Virus record (IMG/VR): IMGVR_UViG_3300045988_159115
Strand: one strand, 5' to 3'
Origin: a virus
Length of the DNA: 64,000 nt
The notes under the pieces are model-generated. The model did no database searches. It saw nothing but the letters and a program-made list of their open reading frames with translations, and was not told the DNA's origin. The stretch's first letter is position 1. Every line of letters begins with the position of its first letter. The translations under genes and the position numbers were made by a program. Positions 1-8,460 of this stretch are shown piece after piece.

Positions 1-1
1 T

Positions 2-346
2 GATCATGAATCTTACATCAAAGCAACTGCAACAAGTAAAATTGTTGCTGGTGTTCATTCCGATGAGTATGCCATGCTTATCGGTGGTGATAAAGCAGGG
101 GATGGGGAAGATTATGTGAAGAAGAATATGGAGAACTATATCCCCGTAAGTCTCTGTGGTCGTGTCTTCTGTAAGTGCATTGGCAAGATTCATCGTGGCG
201 ATACGATTGTCGTATCTGATATTCCCGGTGTCGGACGAGCAAAATTACCCAACGATTATGTGGAAAATACACAGATCGTTGGATACGCAGTGGATGAAGA
301 CCTGAACGAAGAAATTCGTCGAGTCCGTATTCGGGTAAAGGGGTGA
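2..346 (+). CDS. tail-fibre/appendage protein, C-terminal fragment (5' end upstream of window)
   Basis: Frame open from nt 2 (DHESYIKATATSKIVAGVHSDEYAMLIGG...). The C-end YIPVSLCGRVFCKCIGKIHRGDTIVVSDIPGVGRA...VRIRV resembles peptidase-G2/intramolecular-chaperone-type fibre C-termini (by eye only). Confidence 0.5.
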   Translation, partial: DHESYIKATATSKIVAGVHSDEYAMLIGGDKAGDGEDYVKKNMENYIPVSLCGRVFCKCIGKIHRGDTIVVSDIPGVGRAKLPNDYVENTQIVGYAVDEDLNEEIRRVRIRVKG

Positions 347-352
347 TTTGAA

Positions 353-1216
353 ATGGCAAGTCAAGGTTCGAAGATTACTGCTGCAGATTTTACTTCACTG
401 AAGGCTCTTGTCAATCAAGAAATTGGTCGGCGAGGCAAGGCAGAAGGTACTGCACAGAACCAGAGTTACGGAAGCTTGTCTTCTTATGCTGGGTCAGGCT
501 ATCAATATACAACCACTCCTGCTGCTGGAGTAAAGATTGCCACTGAGCATATCACAAAGATCACAACACCGATCGGTGCAATCAATGGATCAACTCCTTC
601 CTTTTCCAGTGGAACTGTTGTAAGAGCATCTGATATTGCAAATGCCGCAAATACATTGAGCGGTCTTACCGTGATCAAAGAGAACGCTTCTTCCAGCGGC
701 TGTGCTGGTAAATGTAGCGGTCTCTGCTCTTCTGGATGCAATACAACATGCTCAAGTTGTTCCAGTAGCTGTGGCAGTGGATGCGCAACTTGTGCTAGTG
801 GCTGTTCTAGTGGATGCACGAATACATGTTCTGGCGGCTGTTCAGGTAGTTGCGATGGTAATTGCAATGGCTGTTCTGGCTGCGAAGGATGCAGTGATAA
901 CTGTAAAACAGATTGCAGCGGTGGGTGTAAAGAACGCTGTAATGCTAACTGCGCTAGTGATTGTGGCGGATCTTGTAGATTTACCTGCTTAGCATTATGT
1001 GGAAATTGCCAAAATTCTTGTGATAATACATGCTCTGGCCATTGCGGATCAAAATGTACAGATAGCTGTGACCTTGACTGTACTGGATCATGCAAAGGCA
1101 GTTGTACAGGCAGTTGTGACACCGACTGTAGTGGCGGCTGTAAGGGTTGTTCCGGTTCATGCGAAGGAAATTGTACAGGTAGCTGTAAGGGTTGTTCCGG
1201 TAAATTCTTATTTTAA
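353..1216 (+). CDS. cysteine-array fibre-like protein (about 115-aa N-domain plus 44-Cys C-x3/C-x2 repeat array)
   Basis: ATG lies 7 nt after the preceding stop. Residues ~116-285 (CAGKCSGLCSSGCNTTC...CKGCSG) have 44 Cys with 35 spacers of 3 and 8 spacers of 2 residues. Spacers are almost only G/S/T/D/N/K/E. DNA shows 12-nt periodicity at ~700-1200. Confidence 0.85.
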   Translation: MASQGSKITAADFTSLKALVNQEIGRRGKAEGTAQNQSYGSLSSYAGSGYQYTTTPAAGVKIATEHITKITTPIGAINGSTPSFSSGTVVRASDIANAANTLSGLTVIKENASSSGCAGKCSGLCSSGCNTTCSSCSSSCGSGCATCASGCSSGCTNTCSGGCSGSCDGNCNGCSGCEGCSDNCKTDCSGGCKERCNANCASDCGGSCRFTCLALCGNCQNSCDNTCSGHCGSKCTDSCDLDCTGSCKGSCTGSCDTDCSGGCKGCSGSCEGNCTGSCKGCSGKFLF

Positions 1217-1243
1217 TAGACCATGTGGAATGAGGTGCTATAA

Positions 1244-1825
1244 GTGAGCGTTTATAAACCCAATAATGATCTCGAACTTAAGAAAGTTTTCATAGAAAAT
1301 ACTCCGATAATTAAGTTCGTTTCTCATGATGTATTTGAAGACAATGATTGGAAAGAGTTCATGCAGCAATGCCCCGATAATTCGAATCAGTTCGAATGGT
1401 GCATTTGGGCGGCTGGAATTTTCCGTTGCGATAATATCATGGATGATAAGTTTGATACCTATGCAGCATACTGTGCGTCTGTGATTCAAAGTATTGCAAA
1501 GGATTGCAACGTAGAGTGCTCTGATGATCGTCTGATCGTTCTTGCATATGGTCTTGCAGCACGTACTTTCAATTTTGAAGCTGCAAAACTTGAAAAGTCC
1601 GATTATAACTTTGATGCAATGCTCAATGCATCTGATTACGAATGCACCGATGATATTGATTTCTTATCAATGTGGGAAATGCTTGTTATGACTATCCGGT
1701 TCATTCGTGTTCTTGATCCGTCAAATGTCAAAGCACTGATCAAAGTCATGAAAAAAGTAAATTCCATTCGTGATAAGTATAATGAAGTATATACCCGGAT
1801 GAGTAACATGACCGCTAATTATTAA
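1244..1825 (+). CDS. hypothetical protein (Cys-containing, acidic)
   Basis: GTG start 6 nt after a GAGGTG SD. Lies between the Cys-array gene and the radical-SAM gene. No recognisable motif. Confidence 0.65.
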   Translation: MSVYKPNNDLELKKVFIENTPIIKFVSHDVFEDNDWKEFMQQCPDNSNQFEWCIWAAGIFRCDNIMDDKFDTYAAYCASVIQSIAKDCNVECSDDRLIVLAYGLAARTFNFEAAKLEKSDYNFDAMLNASDYECTDDIDFLSMWEMLVMTIRFIRVLDPSNVKALIKVMKKVNSIRDKYNEVYTRMSNMTANY

Positions 1826-1850
1826 TATATTTTAGGGAGAGTGCACGTTT

Positions 1851-2150
1851 ATGAAAATTATTAGCATTACGACCCAAGAAAGTGAAGCCGTTGAGCGGGC
1901 TTATTATGAGTCGCAATCATATGAATCCATCGTTTCTATTCTCTGTAGAGAATTGAATGAGGACGCAAATCCTTTAACATCTGAGATGCTCCATCATTAT
2001 ATCGACTTATGCAAAACTGCAAAGATGCGTCTCAAATTAACGCAAGACAAGGTAATTGGCAGATACGTCGATAAGTCGGAATTTAACAATGCCAAGGTAA
2101 CATTTGATTTTGAGCGTGAGGAGATGTCGGTATCAGATGAAAAAGCATAA
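1851..2150 (+). CDS. hypothetical small acidic helical protein
   Basis: ATG with a GGGAGAG SD. Its 3' end overlaps the radical-SAM start by 14 nt, suggesting translational coupling. Confidence 0.65.
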   Translation: MKIISITTQESEAVERAYYESQSYESIVSILCRELNEDANPLTSEMLHHYIDLCKTAKMRLKLTQDKVIGRYVDKSEFNNAKVTFDFEREEMSVSDEKA

Positions 2151-3501
2151 TAAGCGTCTCTATGAAGAGTATACTGATATGGTTCAAAGACTGTATAAGA
2201 AAGACTTCAATACAAGCGGACCGTTATCAGCATTGAAAATTTGCAGGTATGTGACTTTTCAGATCACGAATGCTTGCAATCTTCGGTGTTCTTATTGCTA
2301 TGAGCATAATAAGAACTGTGGATCTATGAGTCTTGATACAGCCAAGAAAGTAGTTGACTATATTCTTAATCTGTATGAGGAAAACACATCTGACTTTATC
2401 TCCAAACAAACAAAGGGCGTTGTCCTTGATTTTATCGGCGGAGAGCCTCTTCTGGAAGCTGAACTGATTGAGCATATTTGTGACTATTGGTTCGAGCAGT
2501 GCTATAAGAGGGACATTCCTCTCGGCCCGTTTACAAGAATCTCATTTGCTACAAATGGTAAGGCTTGGTTCGAGCCTGCATCTATGCATCTATTTGAAAA
2601 GTACCATGATATCATGTCGGTCACGGTATCTATTGATGGCGTTCAAGAACTTCACGATATGTACCGTGTTGACAGCAATGGTGTTGGAAGTTTTGAAATG
2701 GCTTGGCGAGCTTTTCAAGATGCAAAAAACCGATACGGCTGGCTTAATTCCAAGATGACATTTGTTCCTGGATCAATCAAATATTTATACTCCAGTGTGA
2801 AAATGATGATTGATGAAGGATGCAATTATATTCACGGTAATTGCGCATATGAGCCCATGTATACAAATGAAGATGGGAAAAACTTGTATGATGAACTTAA
2901 GAAAGTCTCTAATTATATCATAGATGAGCATCCGGATGTATACTTTGCGATGCTTAATCCGGATGAATACGGTGAAGCAGTCAATTTAGAGCATGATGAC
3001 AGCAACTACTGTGGTGGCACAGGAAACATGCTATCATTTGCTCCGGACGGTAAAGCATATCCATGCATTCGATACGCTCCCATTTCTATCGGAAATGAGA
3101 AAGCATCTAAAGTATGCTTTGGCGATATCAATAATGGTGGACTGTACGCAACTGAGGAGCAGCGCGAAATTAAGCGTGAGTTGGATGCTATCACCCTGAC
3201 ATCACAGTCTACGGACGAATGCATCAATTGCCCTGTATCCAAAGGATGTGGATGGTGCTCTGGATATAATTACGAAAAATATGGTACCGCAAATAAGAGA
3301 TATACGGGAATTTGCAAAGCGCACAAAGGCAACGTCCTTGCTGTGTACTATTATGTGAATACTCGATATCTTAAACTTGGCGATACCGAACCGAAGAAGA
3401 TTAAGCTGCCTTATGACGAGGTAGTAGAAATTCTCGGTAAAGAAGAAGCTGATAATCTTTTCGCTCTTGAAAAGGAAGCTTTTTCTCACTACGAAATGTA
3501 A
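2137..3501 (+). CDS. radical SAM enzyme with C-terminal SPASM-type domain (anSME / peptide-maturase-like)
   Basis: CNLRCSYC (CxxxCxxC) near the N-terminus. The C-terminal Cys clusters CGGTGNMLSFAPDGKAYPC and CINCPVSKGCGWC...C are typical of SPASM auxiliary Fe-S domains. ATG 2137 follows a GAGGAGA SD; the track ORF begins at TTG 2104. Confidence 0.85.
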   Translation: MKKHNKRLYEEYTDMVQRLYKKDFNTSGPLSALKICRYVTFQITNACNLRCSYCYEHNKNCGSMSLDTAKKVVDYILNLYEENTSDFISKQTKGVVLDFIGGEPLLEAELIEHICDYWFEQCYKRDIPLGPFTRISFATNGKAWFEPASMHLFEKYHDIMSVTVSIDGVQELHDMYRVDSNGVGSFEMAWRAFQDAKNRYGWLNSKMTFVPGSIKYLYSSVKMMIDEGCNYIHGNCAYEPMYTNEDGKNLYDELKKVSNYIIDEHPDVYFAMLNPDEYGEAVNLEHDDSNYCGGTGNMLSFAPDGKAYPCIRYAPISIGNEKASKVCFGDINNGGLYATEEQREIKRELDAITLTSQSTDECINCPVSKGCGWCSGYNYEKYGTANKRYTGICKAHKGNVLAVYYYVNTRYLKLGDTEPKKIKLPYDEVVEILGKEEADNLFALEKEAFSHYEM

Positions 3502-3507
3502 AAGAAT

Positions 3508-3556
3508 AAGCACACAAGCTGTGATTTTTATATCCAGCTTGTGTGCTTCTTTTTTC
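3508..3556 (+). terminator. rho-independent terminator
   Basis: AAGCACACAAGCTG / CAGCTTGTGTGCTT 14-bp stem followed by CTTTTTT. Confidence 0.8.
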
Positions 3557-3597
3557 ATATCATAGCAGACGGTTAAATATGAAAGGAAGTGTTTATC

Positions 3598-3879
3598 ATG
3601 ACAAAAGTTTTTTCTATAGTTACTTTGATTAGAAATTGTGGTATTGAAATAGAATCATCTTATTTTGATCATAATAAAGCAATCAATCGTCTTCATGAAC
3701 TTTGCAATTACTATAATGAAGAAATGCGTAATGATCATGTACCGGCTGTTGAATGTCATGAGCCGTATGAAGTTGATGAAAAGACTGAGAAGATATTTTA
3801 CCGAGTAAAATATAAAGAGTGTCCAGGGTTTGAGCATCATATTATTATAGCATGGATTAGGGAATTGGAGGTTCAATGA
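3598..3879 (+). CDS. hypothetical small protein
   Basis: ATG after a GAAAGGAAG SD. Has the N-terminal beta-strand plus F-x-x-x-x-A signature shared with the small-protein family. Confidence 0.65.
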   Translation: MTKVFSIVTLIRNCGIEIESSYFDHNKAINRLHELCNYYNEEMRNDHVPAVECHEPYEVDEKTEKIFYRVKYKECPGFEHHIIIAWIRELEVQ

Positions 3880-3880
3880 T

Positions 3881-4273
3881 ATGGAAGCGTATGTTATCGT
3901 ATGCAGAAATGGTGATTCCATGTGGGTACATGATAAAACCTTTACTACAATAGACGAAGCAGCCTTATATGCTTGCTGTTCTATTTCAAGTCCCGTGTTG
4001 TGGAAAGTATGCCCGATTAATGTTGATATCTCTAATGAGATGAATGCCTCTGATACACTACGTGGACAGAATAAGGATGTCTTGATTGAAGTTCTCTATG
4101 ATCCGAGGAATCATTTAGGTACTAGGCACATTGTCTCTCCTTCTCATATAAAGTATTATGCGTTTCCTACAGAGCAAGGCAATATCAATGACCTTAAAAG
4201 AAGTTTAGTGCACCGTATTTATCAGGGGCTTGAAACGCTTGATGACGAGCATGCCATAAAGCTCATTATATGA
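3881..4273 (+). CDS. hypothetical small protein
   Basis: ATG 10 nt after GGAGG. The N-terminus MEAYVIVCRNG...FTTIDEAALYA carries the shared small-family signature. Confidence 0.7.
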   Translation: MEAYVIVCRNGDSMWVHDKTFTTIDEAALYACCSISSPVLWKVCPINVDISNEMNASDTLRGQNKDVLIEVLYDPRNHLGTRHIVSPSHIKYYAFPTEQGNINDLKRSLVHRIYQGLETLDDEHAIKLII

Positions 4274-4311
4274 AAACACCAAATTAATGAAGAGAGAAAG
4301 GAGGAACTATC

Positions 4312-4860
4312 ATGGGAATAAAAGAAACTATTGTGGAAGCGTGTAGTGATGATCTCATTACTGCAAAGGAAGCAGTCAATTTATTTTCCATTGTAACGGA
4401 ATCCGAAGTAAGTAAAGTTGATAAAGACTTTAAACCAAAAGAAAGTATGAAATTATCATCTTTTCAGAAGATCCATATTACAGAATCCGTCATCGAAGAA
4501 TACAAAAGTAGATATCCGGATCTAAGTCATGTAAGATGTAAAGATACGGATGAATACAAATGCGATGGATATATGTGGATGGATGGAGAAAATCTAGTAT
4601 GCCATGTTGGATCATGTCAATACTTGGATGATAAAACAAAATGGATCGTATCGCTTGAGATAACGAAAGACTATAAAGGTCACGGATTATCAAAGCAACT
4701 GATTGATTATGCTGTGAAGAGTATGAGATGCAAATATCTATCAGTGGATAAGAGCAATAAACTCGCAAAGATGATCTATGATGAATATGGGTTTAGAGTA
4801 TATCAAGAAGACAAGAAAATGTATTATATGACGCTGGATAAAAATCCAGTAAAATCATGA
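4312..4860 (+). CDS. protein with C-terminal GNAT acetyltransferase-like domain
   Basis: WIVSLEITKDYKGHGLSKQLIDYAVKSM...YGFRV matches the GNAT motif A (R/Q-x-x-G-x-G/A) context. AAGGAGG SD. Confidence 0.6.
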   Translation: MGIKETIVEACSDDLITAKEAVNLFSIVTESEVSKVDKDFKPKESMKLSSFQKIHITESVIEEYKSRYPDLSHVRCKDTDEYKCDGYMWMDGENLVCHVGSCQYLDDKTKWIVSLEITKDYKGHGLSKQLIDYAVKSMRCKYLSVDKSNKLAKMIYDEYGFRVYQEDKKMYYMTLDKNPVKS

Positions 4861-4869
4861 TGAGATATA

Positions 4870-4914
4870 AATGATTCCAGTATACTATATTCTCTAGTAT
4901 ACTGGAATCATTTT
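4870..4914 (+). terminator. rho-independent terminator
   Basis: AATGATTCCAGTATACTA / TAGTATACTGGAATCATT 18-bp stem followed by TTTT. Confidence 0.85.
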
Positions 4915-4922
4915 GGTGAAAA

Positions 4923-4941
4923 TTATAATGATATATTATAC
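4923..4941 (+). promoter_or_regulatory. AT-rich promoter-like motif TTATAATGATATATTATAC
   Basis: Exact core TGATATATTATAC, 54 nt upstream of ATG 4995 and just after a terminator. Confidence 0.6.
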
Positions 4942-4994
4942 ATCTGAAGAGTAGCAAAGAAGAAGCAGCTACCAATATATTTGGAGGTTTAACT

Positions 4995-5927
4995 ATGAAT
5001 AATTACAATCTTACCAAAGACAATAGCATTCTGAACGGCATCCAAAATATTCTTCCGAAATCTCAGCTTGCGAATGGAGTAGCTAAGATTCTTCTTGGGT
5101 CATACTTTGAGGGAGAAAAGACAGATGAATCCGCTTACCAATTCGATATCGACGTGCCCGATCTTAAAGAAGCTGAGCCCTATATCCGTGCAATTTATCC
5201 TAAGATGGACGAAATTCCTGGCAGAGTATTGATTGCTTCCAATCGTGCAAAAATCCATGAATTTGAGAGTAAAACTTATTTTATCTTCGATTATCACAAA
5301 TTCTTCGGAATTTTGAATATTGAAAAGGCAACCAATACTGTCATCGAAGCTGTGATGTGCATGGCTAGATCTCTTACTCCGCGAATTTTATACAGCGTGG
5401 CCGATGCTATTCAGTTTGATCCGGAGTTCATTATCAATATTCAGCCGAAGTTATCTGTTTTAACGACATCTCAAGACTCCATTCTCCATAAAGTCGAAAC
5501 CGAAATTCTCCCGACTCCAAGTCGAAAGGTGTGGTTGACTGCGGCGGGGTTCGTTGCTGGCCGTGTATATACGGTGCTTCCTAAGAAGGAAGATGGCTAT
5601 AAGCATTATTGCACAATAGAAGTAGTTAACTCAAATCAGTCTGAAATGCTTCTGAACTATTTCAATTGCAGTAAAGGTCCTAGTAGCGAAGTCACCAAAT
5701 TCAAAACTGATACATCTGTTGCAATGGTGTATCCGACTTTAAAAAGCAAAACGGAATTCTACGGTGTCATAAAGTTAAAAGATTTCTTTGCAATTTTAAC
5801 GATTGATAAAAAGACGAATATGGTTATGGAAGCCATTGGAGGTGAATACGACTCTGTCACAATCGCGCAGTTAAGAAAATCTATGGAAGCTATTGGTGTT
5901 CCTCATAGATATATGAACTTTTTCTAA
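4995..5927 (+). CDS. hypothetical protein (two copies of a domain shared with the C-terminus of 6398-7555)
   Basis: GGAGG SD. The C-end AILTIDKKTNMVMEAIGGEYDSVTIAQLRKSMEAIGVP is paralogous to IIIEVGLDKGRYVKSVIAGSYKSFTVDKLRWITKTLGFP. Confidence 0.7.
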   Translation: MNNYNLTKDNSILNGIQNILPKSQLANGVAKILLGSYFEGEKTDESAYQFDIDVPDLKEAEPYIRAIYPKMDEIPGRVLIASNRAKIHEFESKTYFIFDYHKFFGILNIEKATNTVIEAVMCMARSLTPRILYSVADAIQFDPEFIINIQPKLSVLTTSQDSILHKVETEILPTPSRKVWLTAAGFVAGRVYTVLPKKEDGYKHYCTIEVVNSNQSEMLLNYFNCSKGPSSEVTKFKTDTSVAMVYPTLKSKTEFYGVIKLKDFFAILTIDKKTNMVMEAIGGEYDSVTIAQLRKSMEAIGVPHRYMNFF

Positions 5928-5944
5928 TAACAAGGAGGTTTAAT

Positions 5945-6379
5945 ATGAAAACAGTTAATTCCGGAAGCCGTATGGCTTATATCGACAGTCTCTTCCCGTG
6001 TTCTGATGAGAAGAGACTGTCTGCTGTCCTTTATGGCGCATCCGTCGAAAACGTTGATGACTATGGTACCACCATTAAGCTCAACCTCGAGGATGAAGAA
6101 GTTAAGAAGCTCTGTGACGAATGTGAATTCGACGTGAATGACGGCAATATCACTTTCACTTGTGATGAGATTGATAGCGACATCTGGGAAGACAATGATA
6201 GTCTCATCTATATCGTTTCTCGTCCCAATGGCGTATGGTTCTTCACGGTCGATTTTAATTCCGATACAGTTGTAGAAGTCACTGGAGTTTCGGCAACTGA
6301 CTTTAATCTTATTATGATGTGGGAAGTTGTTCGATATATCAATATCGACTGGGATGGTGTTTTGCACATCATCATGTGA
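5945..6379 (+). CDS. hypothetical acidic protein
   Basis: AAGGAGG SD. No motif recognised. Confidence 0.7.
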   Translation: MKTVNSGSRMAYIDSLFPCSDEKRLSAVLYGASVENVDDYGTTIKLNLEDEEVKKLCDECEFDVNDGNITFTCDEIDSDIWEDNDSLIYIVSRPNGVWFFTVDFNSDTVVEVTGVSATDFNLIMMWEVVRYINIDWDGVLHIIM

Positions 6380-6397
6380 AAGTAGAGAGGTTATATT

Positions 6398-7555
6398 ATG
6401 ATTGAAAATATTGGAATAATTCAGAAGATGGAATATCCAGCGTCTTTGATGGAAGCTATAAAGGAAACTATTCCGATTGGATACACGAGTGAGAATGGGG
6501 TTCTCGGCTTATCTCAGCTCAGTGATAAAGAAATCGCTGATGCTTTTATCCAAGCGGAAAAAGACACTTCCAATGGCACAAGTTATCTGGAGATGTATTT
6601 CAAAGATAAGAAGACGATGCGGGAAATTTCTGATACCTACAAGATTTCTCGCTCGAATTTCCGCAGACGTTGCGAACGTGTCATCTGGAGACTTTTCTCT
6701 ATGCCGAAATTTAGGTATGTCACATTAAAGTCTCCGTCCGATTTCCATTCTCCAGTGGATGGCCATCTTTGGTATAAAGGCGGGCCAATTACTTTCGAAA
6801 ATGCAAAAGAGATCAGTATTCGTGAAATCCTTTATCTCGATCTACCTTGCGAAATCCATAATATTCTTTGGCGTGCTAACTATCGTACACTCGGAGCAAT
6901 TTGGGAAGGATTTCGCAATAAGAGTATTTTCGAGGTAGAAGGGCTTGGACCTAAGCGTCTTGATGAAGTTGCTCACATCATTGAAATTTATCTTCACGTA
7001 AAACCACTTTCTCGTGAAATGCTTCAATATGAAGCTGAGCCTGTATGCAGAGTGGATTTCGACAACACAGATATCCATGCAAGAAGATGTGTCAAATTCA
7101 TGACTCCTCTCTTGTCTGAGGATAGTATCTTGATCAATATTCAGAGCGCGTTTACTGACGATGACCAATATGAAGAGTTAAACTTTGCAGAGAAATACAG
7201 CGCCGCAATTTTCCAGCATGCAGAGATCGAAGATGGCCCTCACGGGAAGTTGCTCTTCCATATTGATAGGAGTGCACAGAGTCTTGCGTATTACAAGTCC
7301 GTTGGAATTAGTGCACAGCACGATATCACCATCACGGTTCCTTCGAAGCAGTATAAGATGGTGGTATCGAAAGTAAACTGGAAGCCGTGTTATGTACTCT
7401 TTAAGAGCGAGGGTTTCATCATTATCGAAGTTGGCCTTGATAAAGGCCGATATGTGAAGTCTGTTATCGCAGGCTCCTATAAGAGCTTTACGGTAGATAA
7501 GCTCCGCTGGATCACCAAGACTCTTGGATTCCCGAAGGATTTCTTAGTCGGTTAA
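6398..7555 (+). CDS. putative transcription factor: sigma region-4-like HTH plus RNAP alpha-CTD-like helix-hairpin-helix
   Basis: TMREISDTYKISRSNFRRRCERVIWRL resembles sigma70 region 4.2. LYLDLPCEIHNILWRANYRTLGAIWEGFRNKSIFEVEGLGPKRLDEVAHIIE resembles alpha-CTD (LELTVRSANCLK...NLGKKSLTEIK). Confidence 0.55.
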   Translation: MIENIGIIQKMEYPASLMEAIKETIPIGYTSENGVLGLSQLSDKEIADAFIQAEKDTSNGTSYLEMYFKDKKTMREISDTYKISRSNFRRRCERVIWRLFSMPKFRYVTLKSPSDFHSPVDGHLWYKGGPITFENAKEISIREILYLDLPCEIHNILWRANYRTLGAIWEGFRNKSIFEVEGLGPKRLDEVAHIIEIYLHVKPLSREMLQYEAEPVCRVDFDNTDIHARRCVKFMTPLLSEDSILINIQSAFTDDDQYEELNFAEKYSAAIFQHAEIEDGPHGKLLFHIDRSAQSLAYYKSVGISAQHDITITVPSKQYKMVVSKVNWKPCYVLFKSEGFIIIEVGLDKGRYVKSVIAGSYKSFTVDKLRWITKTLGFPKDFLVG

Positions 7556-7557
7556 AT

Positions 7558-7602
7558 AAAAGAAGGGATACCTAATTGGCTATTAGGTATCCCTTCTTTT
7601 TT
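7558..7602 (+). terminator. rho-independent terminator (repeat family, see 43911-43950)
   Basis: AAAAGAAGGGATACCTAAT-TGGCT-ATTAGGTATCCCTTCTTTT followed by TT. Confidence 0.85.
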
Positions 7603-7659
7603 CGGATCATAGTAAATTATAGCCTTATTCACTATATCTTAATTAAGGAGGATAAACTT

Positions 7660-8460
7660 ATGAAAATTAAATTATTAGAAGATTTTATCATCAAGCATGC
7701 GCACGAAATCATTTATTGCGTACAGGAATTTCCTAGTTATATCGTTGATGGTGTCGGGATTATCAAGTATTACCATCACTTTGCAAGAACTGAATGCTCA
7801 AAAACTGGGCTTTCTGCTACATTTGCTACAGAGGAAAATCTGTATGTGAATAAACTCTTCTATGCCGCTAGTAAGATTGCAAATCCAATTAAGATATTTG
7901 ACGCATTTGGTTTTGGGACTACCATTTTTGATTATGGTAAGTATGATCTGGACGAAGTAGAAAAGACTTTGTTTCTACCTGAACCTCCGAAGCAAAATGA
8001 TTCCATTGAAATCACTGCAGTTGATCCTCCAGCACCTGTAGTATTTGCTATTATGCAAATTTGCTTTACAAAGTTTGATTCTGGAGAAGAAATCTTCCAT
8101 GGGTCTACTATCTGGAAAAATCAGATTTACCGGACTCGGATTGAAGCAATCAAGGAATATCGAGCAATGAAAGCTATGGATGAAGCAATCCATGCACGCC
8201 GTAAAGCCTTTACCGAAGTGACTGAACTTCAAAAAGATGATTGCTATACAGAAGAATTTTCTCTCTATCAGGAAGACCACTATGGAAAGAAAATTCATAC
8301 CTATCAGATTATTGCTCTCAGTCTCAATTCTAAGATGAATTCTGATATGCGTCTTGAAGCTGATAATCTGCATCAGGATTACTTGATCAATGATTGGATT
8401 TATAAGAAGCCTTCGGTTTCTGAAGAAAATAAACGGGAGGAAAATGTTTGTGAGCGATGA
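7660..8460 (+). CDS. hypothetical protein
   Basis: ATG 7660 follows an AAGGAGGA SD. The track ORF start at 7576 runs through the terminator. Confidence 0.7.
   Translation: MKIKLLEDFIIKHAHEIIYCVQEFPSYIVDGVGIIKYYHHFARTECSKTGLSATFATEENLYVNKLFYAASKIANPIKIFDAFGFGTTIFDYGKYDLDEVEKTLFLPEPPKQNDSIEITAVDPPAPVVFAIMQICFTKFDSGEEIFHGSTIWKNQIYRTRIEAIKEYRAMKAMDEAIHARRKAFTEVTELQKDDCYTEEFSLYQEDHYGKKIHTYQIIALSLNSKMNSDMRLEADNLHQDYLINDWIYKKPSVSEENKREENVCER

Noticed and set aside
502-1247. ORFs 502-1122 (-), 702-992 (+) and 999-1247 (+) overlapping the Cys-array gene.
   Set aside because: They are by-products of the 12-nt periodic repeat, which keeps several frames open. Only frame 353-1216 has a start context and continuity with an N-terminal domain.
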